Of a DNA stretch of 49,822 bases, positions 23,542 to 34,345 are shown piece by piece. Origin of the DNA: Priapulus caudatus (taxonomy: Eukaryota); contig NW_014577090.1 of NCBI RefSeq assembly GCF_000485595.1, forward strand, positions 378,505-428,326. The letters run 5' to 3'. Both the position numbers and the translations under genes were made by a program. Under the pieces are notes generated by a model. The model did not search any database and had not been told where the DNA came from. It saw only the letters and a program-made list of their open reading frames with translations. Position 1 is the stretch's first letter, and the number at the start of each line of letters is the position of its first letter.

Positions 23542-26205
23542 CTGCAAGTAAACATGAGATCTCAAAAAAACGACTAATCGTAATATAGAACTCTAAAGAA
23601 ATAAATGTTCTAAGAAATTTATGAATATAATGAATGTTGACTGAAGTTTTACATAACTTGACAAGTCTTACAAACCCTGATTAGTGGAAATTGAATCGAA
23701 TTAGGTCAGCTCGAAGGTTTTTGGAATCATGCAAACCAGGACACACGTCGTTCAATAGTAAAATATGCTGACCACATGATAACAATTATCGAAATATACT
23801 TACGATGATAACAATGCCGATAATTATAGTCAGCTTTGCATTTTTCAAGAACATAGAGTGAGCCAAACTCCTGCTTGTCTTTTTGAATGTCACCGACTGA
23901 AACAGATTAGACAGACATCAATTGACCTGCTAGCCATCCTTTAATGAGTTCATGTTTTCCATAACCCAACTTTGACAGAATCATGACAACTGAATTAATG
24001 TTATTTTTATAATTATGATTATTTTTTATGGTCTAACAAAAGTATCATGTCCCCACATCGACCCACCCATGGGTAAGATTACTGTAAACAAGGATTTTTA
24101 AGGGCATGTTGATGCTAAGCAATGCACGTCTAATTGTTATGCGTATAATAAGCTCGGGTTTACAAAATCCAAGTTCCTACCGAAGCCTCTAGGTTTTCTG
24201 TTTTGTCCACCAATAATTCCAGCCTCTCACCTCTCGCCGCAATATTGTCTGTACAGGCAGAGAGAAGTGTCATTCACATGATCAAATCAGCATTTTTAAG
24301 CATTGCACAGTGATAGCAGAAAGCAGTGGGTTTATCAACAACAGAAGAGGACATTGGCAACAATAATGAGGAGCAATTAACTGTCTATCTCCAACACCAT
24401 GTGACATTGGAAAATGATAGTGCAGTGGAAGGCATCTCTATACACAACAATGAAAGACATCTACTTGCAAACAGCGGTACATGAAATCTTCCTACAAGTA
24501 CAACAGTATAAAAAATCCATCTGGAAACAACAGTACACAACCTGTTTAAAAAAGAGTAGCGTAGAAAATCTCTTGGTGTTCTATACCATAGAACAGCCTT
24601 CTTGGAACACCACATGGCTGGCTGCATAGTTTCCCATCACTGGAGAGTCAGAAATGCTTACAGTTAAAATGTTCATTTTATTATGCTACTTGTAACACTT
24701 ACCAATATTTTTAACCATGATGCCCTTCAATTCATCTAGGTCTGTTTGCACTCTAGACACAGGATCAACTGCCCTGGTATCTGAATAGTACTTCTGCAAA
24801 ATACAAGTCACAATGGATGGAAACATTTAGCAATTAGATGCATGGTCTATTGCCATATAAGGAATTGCCCTTCAATTGGTTATTCTAGAATAATGCATAA
24901 AATTAAATCAACTGCAATGTCGAAGTGAAAAACAGTAGACATCAACTTTAAGATATTATTAAGTTATGCTTCCATAATACCTTTCAATGTCTTCGGTGCT
25001 ACCAGGATAAGAGACTGCACGAATACACCATTATCATGAATAAATTGTTGTTCACTGTTCGCAGCAAATGGCAGCAAACCACGATATCTTCACACTGATA
25101 CACTTACCATCTGGCTTGCAAGAACCTTGGAGAATTCCGTGTTGAAGGCGAATGGAAGTGCAGTCTGTGCACGTGGGCCGAACATTGTCTGAAACCTGCT
25201 CTTGATCTCTTGCAGGAAGAGGAAAGCTCGTGATCTCTCAAACACCTATAATGAGGGAGTACTTGCTAAAGACACTTCTTATTTCAAGTTGCCTATAATA
25301 CATTTCAAATATAAACACTACATATTTTTAAATTACGAATTCACTACATTGATACATCAGTAGTCTGTCAACTTATCTCAACGAACAATATTTTTTACAC
25401 ATTCTACATACTGGAACTTTTCGACTGCAGACTCATTTGGAGAGAGTACAATTATATCGTTTTCACACTTACATCATCTGTGATGCACATGTAAATAATC
25501 CTGTCTTCACACACATAGTGAAACAGATAGCTGAAATAAAAAATGAAGCTGTTCAAGTAAGTTTTGCTTGCTACATCTATACAGACTTTATCACACTTGA
25601 GGGTGCAGACACTATACATGCCTCTTTTCAATAAAAATCACTTCACATGTCTATATCTCTAAATATGACCTATTTCTAAGTGTCACTACAATCTGATCAC
25701 ACATAATTAATCTGGTTTGTTTTTCATTCGTTTTCAGAAAAGTTAGAGGAATCAGAAGAACACAAACATTTTGCATTTGATTTTGACTTCACTTTTTATA
25801 TTGTCAACTTAAATTGTATCTAGAACAAAGTACTTTACAAAAAAATTTACAGTAAAATAAATATAGTATCTAAACCATATTGGCTAAGATACCCACTCCA
25901 CAGTACATGCACGCAAGCACACACGCACACACACACACACACCATACTGCTGCTCTGGCTTTGCACCCCCCTTTCCTCCTACTTCACGTGTTCCTGAGGT
26001 CAAGCGTCAAACTTCCTGCCACAGTAAGTAGCGCAAAGATGCACTATACGATTACGTACTTTGCATGCGAGTAGGTAAGTTTGCCGTTCTCCGGTGGTAT
26101 CTTTGCTAGAATCTGTTCTGTGACCTCCGCAAAGTTTCCAGCACAGCCGGCATACTTTGCCAGCACTGCCACTCCTCTTGCGACAACGGAGTACAAAATC
26201 GGCAT
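23473..26205 (-). CDS. VAMP7: Vesicle-associated membrane protein 7 (longin R-SNARE), 220 aa: join(complement 26060..26205,25473..25530,25108..25245,24703..24793,24181..24248,23804..23896,23473..23541)
   Basis: MPILYSVVARGVAVLAKYAGCAGNFAEVTEQILAKIPPENGKLTYSHANYLFHYVCEDRIIYMCITDDVFERSRAFLFLQEIKSRF... (longin), LDELKGIMVKNIDNIAARGERLELLVDKTENL (R-SNARE), TM segment and CGGLGWQKCVGK*. Total 663 nt, all introns GT-AG. Confidence 0.97.
23804..23896 (-). CDS. VAMP7: VAMP7 coding exon 6
   Basis: SVTFKKTSRSLAHSMFLKNAKLTIIIGIVII. Confidence 0.95.
24181..24248 (-). CDS. VAMP7: VAMP7 coding exon 5
   Basis: DNIAARGERLELLVDKTENLEAS. Confidence 0.95.
24703..24793 (-). CDS. VAMP7: VAMP7 coding exon 4
   Basis: KYYSDTRAVDPVSRVQTDLDELKGIMVKNI. 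Confidence 0.95.
25108..25245 (-). CDS. VAMP7: VAMP7 coding exon 3
   Basis: VFERSRAFLFLQEIKSRFQTMFGPRAQTALPFAFNTEFSKVLASQM. Confidence 0.95.
25473..25530 (-). CDS. VAMP7: VAMP7 coding exon 2
   Basis: (N)YLFHYVCEDRIIYMCITDD; tttcag| ... |gtaagt. Confidence 0.95.
26060..26205 (-). CDS. VAMP7: VAMP7 coding exon 1 (the exon itself starts at 26222 after a ttgcag acceptor, implying an upstream UTR exon)
   Basis: MPILYSVVARG...KLTYSHA; donor AA|gtacgt. Confidence 0.95.
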
Positions 26206-26762
26206 GGCTACAGCCAATCCTTCTGCAATTGAAGAAAATGTACAGGTTGAGCTAGATGCCTAGGTTGGGCTATCAGCTCTCGTCGTGTTTGTAGCGGTTA
26301 CCTAACCCCTTCTGGATAACGTGAGAAGATAGGCCTAGTTAGACCTAGAGTAACTAAGTCTAATAAACTTTAATGCCGAATAATAAGTGAGGTCACTTCT
26401 AGTGTTTGACATCAGTGGTTCTTTTATGTCCACAATACTGGAGGCGGGCACACTATTTGACCTGACGGTCGTGACCAACTAAGCCACGGCAGATTCACAC
26501 CCCCCCAATGTTGGCAGTCAGTTTTTTACATGTAGAGAAAATTAACTGCTCTGCACAGGTTTTGAACTTACAGCCTTTGAAGTAAATGGTGGACAGGTTG
26601 AGCTTGGTTCAAGACCACATGAGACATCGATTATACCGTCATGGCTTCTCCTTTAGTTGATATTACAATTTAAACATAGTCTTGAAGCAGCTGCAACAAG
26701 TGTGGAACCATTGATGGCATACCGGAGGGACACAGTCACTATATAAATTATATGATATATAT

Positions 26763-27084
26763 CAGTGTTTCCCTGGTCAAAAAGGTCTGTGAGGTGGTAA
26801 AAGTTTTTTATGATGTGTTTGTGCATTTTGAGGTCCTAGCAAAGTGAGCAGTGCAGGTGCTGGCCAAGCTAGGGAGCCAGGAAGCATGCTCCCCCACGAA
26901 TTTTTTTTTACAAAATTGTGCAATTTGGTACATTCTAAGCTATTCTAAACACATTTGTATGAGACTCATTTTCAAATTGTCAGGTTTCGTCAACGAGGCG
27001 GTGTTTTGGACAAATTTCTGTGTGGCGGCTGAGAATTTGAACGAGGCAGGCTGCCTCGCTCATGTCAATGCAGGGGAAACACTG
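26763..27084 (+). mobile_element. CAGTGTTTCCC-TIR hAT-like MITE, copy 1
   Basis: TIR cagtgtttccc/gggaaacactg; inverted sister copy at 45756-46078 (the ORF track shows the shared peptide GFV.EAVFWTNFCVA.ENLNEAG). Confidence 0.8.
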
Positions 27085-27092
27085 TATATTAT

Positions 27093-27132
27093 CAGGGGTT
27101 AATAATGACAAATTTGTCATTATTAACCCCTG
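27093..27132. mobile_element. 40-bp perfect palindrome, 7-bp TSD atattat
   Basis: Identical to 23085-23124 but with a different TSD. Confidence 0.8.
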
Positions 27133-27728
27133 ATATTATATCGGGTAGAGCTACTTCTATTCTAAGATTTACAGGCAGTTGACCCATCCATCAGAACGTC
27201 TGGTCACGGGTCAGGGGCAGAAGATTTAATGTTTTCCTTATTTACTGACATTATTCACTAATTAAAGTACAACTTGAACTACAAGTACAACTAGTACAAG
27301 TTAAAACAACGTGTGAGAACCGATGCGCAGCAAACGCAACAACTGCTCAGTTTAGTCAAAGATTGGTACTGAGACGGCTCTGGTCACTTGGCATCAATGG
27401 CTCGTGACGGTGTCGGTGACGGTGTACCAAAACATATTTTTTACTCTGTAGTGTAGGTACTCACACAAATAGTCACAGTCACAAGACTACAAAAGCAACA
27501 GTCACGACTAACTAAGGCTTGCTATTTGCTAATCATCATAATTCCCTGCAAAACTGCTTAATACTTTATACCTGCTTTGTCTACCGTGTCTTCTCTCTTC
27601 TTTACTCTCTTGACTACTGTACTGTGTACACCGCTAATGTTATTAACTTTAATCGTAGTGTTCTAGAAAAATATAAGATAAGGTAAACGGGTTGTTGTCA
27701 TACTTGCCAGAACACTCACTCCTGCTAT

Positions 27729-27826
27729 TAGACTGGTACCCGGTCCCACCTCTCGGCTTATTTACTCGATGGGTAATCGAGGCCTCGAAGCATCGAGTAA
27801 TCGAGGTGGGAGCGAGTACCAGTCTA
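27729..27826. mobile_element. TAGACTGG-family hairpin MITE, 9-bp TSD tcctgctat
   Basis: Same arms as 17607-17708; exact TSD. Confidence 0.85.
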
Positions 27827-27838
27827 TCCTGCTATTAG

Positions 27839-27856
27839 CAGCGCCATCTAATGGCG
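27839..27856 (-). promoter_or_regulatory. CTCF-like motif between the VAMP7 and UCH starts
   Basis: Reverse complement CGCCATTAGATGGCGCTG resembles the CTCF core CCACYAGRKGGCGC; motif match only. Confidence 0.3.
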
Positions 27857-27932
27857 AAAATATCGATTATTTAGAGCAGGGTGGGCAACATCTATGATCT
27901 GACAGTACACGGCTAGTCGGCTACACGCAGAA

Positions 27933-27977
27933 ATGGCTAATAAAGCGAGGTGGTTGCCGCTGGAGTCGAACCCAGAA
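27933..27977 (+). CDS. UCHL3: UCH exon 1
   Basis: [15 protein letters not shown]|gtatgt. Confidence 0.92.
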
Positions 27978-30900
27978 GTATGTATATCTGTGAAAATACA
28001 GCGAGTTTATCTAACTTGTGTAAAAATGTCGTAGTATAGTATATCATAGCTATTGTTTTGGGTAATTTGAGAATGTCTAGCCCTGAACATGCGAGAAATA
28101 TTGTTCAATTTCGACCCCGCCATCACTGTGATGTGTATCGCGGCAATGAGTCATCAGACATCAGCAGTCGCCAGTCTAGCTCTAGTACTATAGCTCCAAG
28201 AAACGGTATCGCTAGGGTTAGGATACCTGTATAGACAATCCGTCGCACAGCCTGGTCGGGCTATAGTACTATAGCCCGCGGATAGCTGCCGCAGGTCTAT
28301 ATAGCCCGCTATCCGCGGGCTATAGTACTACTACTAGAGCTATCGCCAGTCCGCCTAGCGCTGATAGGGTCTATGTTCCCCAGGGTACTGCTGGAACGTA
28401 CCCTGCATGGTAACTATCTAGCTGATATGGTTAGGGTTAGGGTTAGTGTTAGAGTTAGGGAGTAGGCGTAGGCGACTCCCTAGACTCGTTAGTGGAGTAG
28501 GCGAGGTACGGTCCGGCATATTAGATAGTAGTAAATTAGTATCAGAGTACGTTCTGGTATACCGGACCGTACCCAGGGTACGTTCCGGCAGTATCCTGGG
28601 GGACATAGACCCTATCAGCCCTACTAGCGGTATATTTAATTTTGGAATAGAAGGGTTATTTTTATGACGCATATCGTCTAAATTGTCAATGTACTGTAAC
28701 TGTTTACCTACACGAAAAAACACTATAGTGCCACATACTTTGTTTACACTGTCACTGTATCCTGTGTATGGCATACTATCAGAACGGAACGTACATAATG
28801 TTCTATAACTTTTATTGGTTATCGAATTTTGATTCGTTGTTTTCATTTTTTGCAGGTTTTTAACAAGGTGAGAATTCGTGATTTGCAGAAAGTTTTAGGG
28901 AAGTGACACTGTGACAGCTATAGCCACTTGCAATTATCCTTGTACCTGCTTATTATTCATATTAGTGTTATAGTTATATCAAATTACAGCTGAATAAATT
29001 AAAATAATGAAGCTTGATTCACTAACTAAAATCATAATTAAATATAATGCCATTATTATTGATGCAATGATGGGCTGTTAAATCGTCTTTAATTCAACAA
29101 TACATAAAAATATACTAACTCATGTAAGAGCTATATAGATCAGTTTCTTTGCCATCATTGTACAATGAGGCACATTGATGTGCACCGAAACAGCAAGAAC
29201 GTTTTAGATTTGTGTGGCTTTGTTCATGTAATGGCATCTCTGGGAGAGCCAGCGCATGGTTGTGGCTAGCCGCTACTGTCTGGGGGCAAAGCCAGGCAGT
29301 ATTGATCTGTCAACCTGCACTGATTCATCATGGCCATGGGTGCGTGCTTAGCATGCCTGGTGATGTGTTAGCGACAGTAGACAGGGCTGTCTCGCCATGA
29401 ACTCAGACTAGGTAGCAACCAAGTATCCATGATCCAAGAAGAGACAGGCTATCTCCCATATATCATATTGATGCAACTGGCATTTATCAAGTAGCTTTCT
29501 ACAATGCTAGAACTCCTATCAATTGATTATATAGAAGAAAATTGCCATTTGTTTTGGAAACAATTGGGACAGGATATATACCCATTTCATTCTATAAAAC
29601 ATATAGAAGTGCATTTCATGTGTGAGATTGAACTGAAGATGTTTATTTTTTAAATCAAAATTTGTTTACCAACATTGTTAATCTTGTGTTGCTAACATTG
29701 CAAACATAGTGAGGTGCATCACTGACTAGTAACTATAATGCTTGTCATATAGGAATATCTCCTAGAACATTCTGAATCAATGCAAGCTAAGTAATGTATT
29801 GAGGCGTGGCGTGCACGTTATAATTCTATAGTATCATTCTAGCTTTTGGTTTTTGTGGTGGTTGCATGCAGTATGTGAGCAACCTAGGAGTGAGCAATCT
29901 GCCCGGGGAGTGGCAGTTTGTCGACGTCTGGGGTCTGGAACCGGATTTGCTGGCCACCGTACCACACCCAGTCGGTGCGGTTCTACTCCTCTTCCCCATC
30001 AAGGATTCCGTAAGTCTTCCAGCGAACCCCTTGCAGAGGAAATCTCACTGCCTCACAAAAAATGTTGTGACAAATTTTGTTGTGTGTTTATGTGATGGAA
30101 AAAATGCTTTCACTAAATATCTCCTTGAGAGAACGGTCCTCTTGACAAAAAACATCATCAACATAGCAAACAGCCTGGGGCTGTTACAGAACAGAAAACC
30201 TGATTGTTATAATGAATTGCATTTGTGAGCAATAAGATAAAAAACGAAATAATGTCTGATTTGAATTTGCATCAAGCTGAAACCTTTTAGGTAATGAAGT
30301 GATTTAAATTCTATCAAGTTTGAAAGCAACTTTTCTGTCGCGAAGATGCAGGTTATAACACTAAGCTCTGTGCACTGAGTCATTTGTGTCGCATGGGCAT
30401 GCCATAGCAACTGCAATCTACAATGCTGGGCACAGTATTGATTTACAGAGAGTAACGACTGTATATGCTTGCTGCTCAGTATACTGAATGGTGCAAGAAG
30501 GAACAGGAGAGGCTTGCTGCAGCCAAGCAAACAGTAAGCAACAAGCTCTACTACACCAAGCAGACGGTTGGTAAGTGCTGCCATCTAGCATTACGTAAAA
30601 GTACTTAGAGTGGAGGTTTACCACTTTTTAAGACTGTTTTTCTAACAAATATGTGACTGGAAACGTTTTGGGAGATCGTGAAAATCTCCTGATATGTCCA
30701 AAATTGATTTACAGGAAGTAATTAAATCTAACGTTATTTTTCTGTCTTTTACTTTGTGCATTTCTGTTAAAATCCATGCTCGTCTCTTCCACTTGTTACG
30801 TTTTGATCTGTTCCGTCTGTTCCTCTCCATTTCATTCCTGTCACGGTGTGTGATGATATATTCATGCCGGTAACGACTGCAACGTGCCACCTTTAGCGAC

Positions 30901-32428
30901 AGTGTCGCGCACACGTTACTGCTAGCGACCGTGTAACGCACACGCGCCTCACGTTTCCCTGGCTTCGCGCAGGCAACGCGTGCGGAACCGTGGCGCTCAT
31001 CCACGCACTCGCGAACAACGTCGACAAGCTGAAGTTGACCAGCGACGGCAAGTTAAAGAGGTTCCTTGACGCCACCATCAAGCTCGACCCCGAGGCCAGG
31101 GCTGCGTACCTTGCGACCGACTCGGTAAGTTCCGTCGCCGTTGCCGCACGAAAAACATAACTGACACCCCGCCTCGACGAGGGGTCTTGATCGACCGAAC
31201 ATCTTGTTTCTAGATTGTTGCCGGGGCGACGATCGTGATAGGTGGCATTTTAGTGGGAAATCATGGGAGGTTTCGTTCGAGCCAATGATGGGTGCCGCCT
31301 TCGGATTGCAATTTGTTGCGTGCAATTTTTAAGTCGTCACCATGGTAATTTTTGTAGGTGGCATTCGGGAGAGGAATTAAGGGTAGCTTTTTAACTGCTG
31401 TGACAGTATGCAGCGTATTCAGCCTCTTGCATGCATCGAAGAGTCTAGATTGTATGAGTAAAAGTAAGAAGTAAAGTAGAAGTAAAAGAGTCTTATTGTA
31501 CAGTGAAGCTGTGTAGTATAGTACAGTAATCTCTACACTGTTTCTCTTATGCAGGACATTTGCTCTGCTCATGAAGAAAGTGCTCAAGAGGGACAGACAG
31601 AGGTAACTGCCCCTGCGTGATATTACATGCTGTTACGCAGCTGTGTCTACTAACTATTACCTTCGTCATATGTTAACCACCGACATGTGTCTACGTTTAT
31701 ACTGCTATACATACATGCTCCTCTGTCCAGCACAAGCAGTACTTTACAAGCGCTGCTCTGTTGCCACCCAACCTCATCTGCAAATTAATTCAAGTTGGTG
31801 ATATGCCTTTAATGGGTCTTTCGTGCTGACCAAGAGGTTGCATTAGACAAGTTTTTTTGTCTTCTAAATTTTCATGAATTAATTAAAGGAATGTAGGCAA
31901 TAAGAATTTGATTGGTGGTATGATACGTGGTCACATTCTTCATAACTGTAAGACCTTTTTGTCGCTGCTGTAAACAGGCGCCCTCTGCTGACCAAGAAGT
32001 AACTCCACACTTCGTGGCCATGGTTGAAGTGGAAGGCCACCTTTATGAGCTTGGTATGTTTGTAGGCAGTTTTACATGTTACACACATCAAGTTGGTACA
32101 TTTATTCAACTCATTAAACTAATTTTAGCTGATTCTGCTCATTATGATGTAAAAGATATACTAATAAAATGTATTTTACTATTTTGGATTAATCTGAAAA
32201 TTATTTTATATGATGAAATGAAATCTAATGACATTATTGGAATGTGTGTATGTGATGGCTTTAAGATCCCATCCTATGTTGGTTTTTAACAGCAGTGAAA
32301 GTAAAGGCGAGCAGTGATCAGAAGCATCTAGTGTGTTGGCAGATTATTTGTAATGATGTTTGGTTTTAGATGGAAGGAAACCTGGCCCCGTTAACCATGG
32401 TCCGTCATCTCCCGAAACGCTACTGCAG
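27933..32428 (+). CDS. UCHL3: Ubiquitin carboxyl-terminal hydrolase, UCH-L3/L1 type (peptidase C12), 3'-incomplete: join(27933..27977,28856..28867,29872..30009,30480..30570,30973..31124,31555..31602,31978..32053,32370..32428)
   Basis: [25 protein letters not shown]...[14 protein letters not shown]...AVLLLFPI...[20 protein letters not shown]...[14 protein letters not shown]...[26 protein letters not shown]. Catalytic Q, C, H and D are all present. The expected final exon (about 25-30 aa) was not found in the window. Confidence 0.93.
28177..28342. mobile_element. 166-bp TAGCTCTAG-family MITE, 9-bp TSD tcgccagtc
   Basis: Same termini, internal rearranged arm copies, exact TSD. Confidence 0.8.
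28356..28623. mobile_element. TIR element (about 50-bp arms) with internal TTAGGG-like repeats
   Basis: ctgatagggtctatgttccccagggtactgctggaacgtaccctg / cagggtacgttccggcagtatcctgggggacatagaccctatcag; no clear TSD. Confidence 0.7.
28856..28867 (+). CDS. UCHL3: UCH exon 2, 12-nt microexon (VFNK)
   Basis: Long polypyrimidine tract + tgcag|GTTTTTAACAAG|gtgaga; supplies the 4 residues missing between exons 1 and 3. Confidence 0.85.
29872..30009 (+). CDS. UCHL3: UCH exon 3
   Basis: [46 protein letters not shown]|gtaagt. Confidence 0.93.
30480..30570 (+). CDS. UCHL3: UCH exon 4
   Basis: [31 protein letters not shown]|gtaagt. Confidence 0.9.
30973..31124 (+). CDS. UCHL3: UCH exon 5 (catalytic Cys)
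   Basis: [51 protein letters not shown]|gtaagt. Confidence 0.94.
31555..31602 (+). CDS. UCHL3: UCH exon 6
   Basis: [16 protein letters not shown]|gtaact. Confidence 0.93.
31978..32053 (+). CDS. UCHL3: UCH exon 7 (catalytic His)
   Basis: [26 protein letters not shown]|gtatgt. Confidence 0.94.
32370..32428 (+). CDS. UCHL3: UCH exon 8
   Basis: [20 protein letters not shown]|gtgaat. Confidence 0.93.
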
Positions 32429-34102
32429 GTGAATATGCCTTTTTTGTCCAACAGGTGGCGGTACGAGCCTATATATTCTATAAGGCTTATTCTGGATGTC
32501 ACTGTCAGTTTCACTGTATCAGTATCAGTATCAGTCCCTTTTTCCTTTACTCTGAGTGAAGGAGTGAGTGCTGTGTGTATATACTACTAGTGTTGATGTC
32601 TCCCGACTACTAGTACGTGTTTTTTTTTAATTTTTAAATGCATGCAGATGGTAACTCAAAATATTTGGATGAAAAAATAACGTAGTCGAGCGTATATTTG
32701 GCGACGGCGGTGGCATTCTGCGTGTTATGCATTACGGTATGAGGAAAACGATAACATAACGGACGCCAGCTGGTTGCCGCTCTTCACGGAATTCTTTCAG
32801 AAATTGTTTCGCTATCCGCGGCGACTCATTTCTCTCGCCGTTGAAGTAAATCGTACTTGGCAAAACGAGTTGCAGCTGTTCATCCTGTCGCCCTGGGCCG
32901 GCAGAAGCCGGCAAGCAGCAGCAGAGGGCGCGGCGCGCGGAGCCGGGTTGCTCAGGGTAACTTCCGTTGTTTTCCCCGGTGACCCGACCTGTAGCTTTCG
33001 CGGCTCTCCGATTTCGCGCAGCTGAGTTGAATTCTTTGGCGGAGGAAAAAAACAGAGGCGCACGTGTTGCGATGCCCATAATCGGTGGATTACCACCGCT
33101 AGCCGTCGGCTATCTGAGGGCCACACGTAGCTAATCGAGTCCAGCCAGAACGAGAATTTAAAAAACAACAGCAAGCGGTCACGGTCGAGTACAGTGAGCC
33201 GGCTACCTGACCACTCGCATCGTTGGAAACTCTCCGTGGCAATGTCACTCAAGAGCCGTGTTCGCAGCTGGAGAAAATGCGACTTAAGAAGACGAGCTTT
33301 GGTGTGCCTGTTTCCTTCTTTAGTATTTTCCCGCTTTAACCTAGAATAGAGAGTGCACGAGATTTGTTAGCAGTCGTTTGGCGCAGGGAGGATGTGTGTA
33401 GTGGGGGGTGACCGGCTTTTCCTATCATATCCTTGTCATGTGCGCAGGAAACTAAGAGATAATCATTTCCTTGCTGTTCGCCTGACCGGCAGAGCGGTGC
33501 TAGGTTTCCGAATAGAAAAACGAATGCTATGTTGTTGTATAATGAAGAGTCGAGTGTAAAACAGTGTGTCACAATGTGTTTTACGAGTGGCCTGTTCTTT
33601 TGGCTGACTGCCTGGGGAGTAATCGTACAAGATAGTATACCCTTTTTGATTACCGATGACTCTTTCTTTATGCTTTGGTTGAAACTGTCTTGATTAAAGT
33701 GAATTTGAAAAAAGTTGGAATTTGATGCTCAGTGGCTGCCACGTGCAGCTACCCCGGTTTCTTCCTCCGAGGCAGCTGTGGTTGTCCCATGAATTTTATC
33801 GCATTTTCAATGCGAAATCAACAATAAATATATCACGTGAACTACATGCTTTATGTGCTCCTAAATTTTACCTATTCGTACGACTCGCAATGGATTTTAG
33901 ACAATAATCGTGTTGATAGTCTATGAGCACGAGAGTGGCGTAACTAGGGCCCGGGAGCGAATCCAGTCGCTGGCAAGTCTTGGCAGGGCGATGTATTTTG
34001 TCACAGGGTTAGGAGGTCGTCACCCAGTTTCCTGTTCAGCGATTGAGGCAGAGCGTAACCCTATCAGCAGGCGCCCCGTCGTGTGGGCTAGACGGCCGCC
34101 TG

Positions 34103-34345
<243 letters not shown>

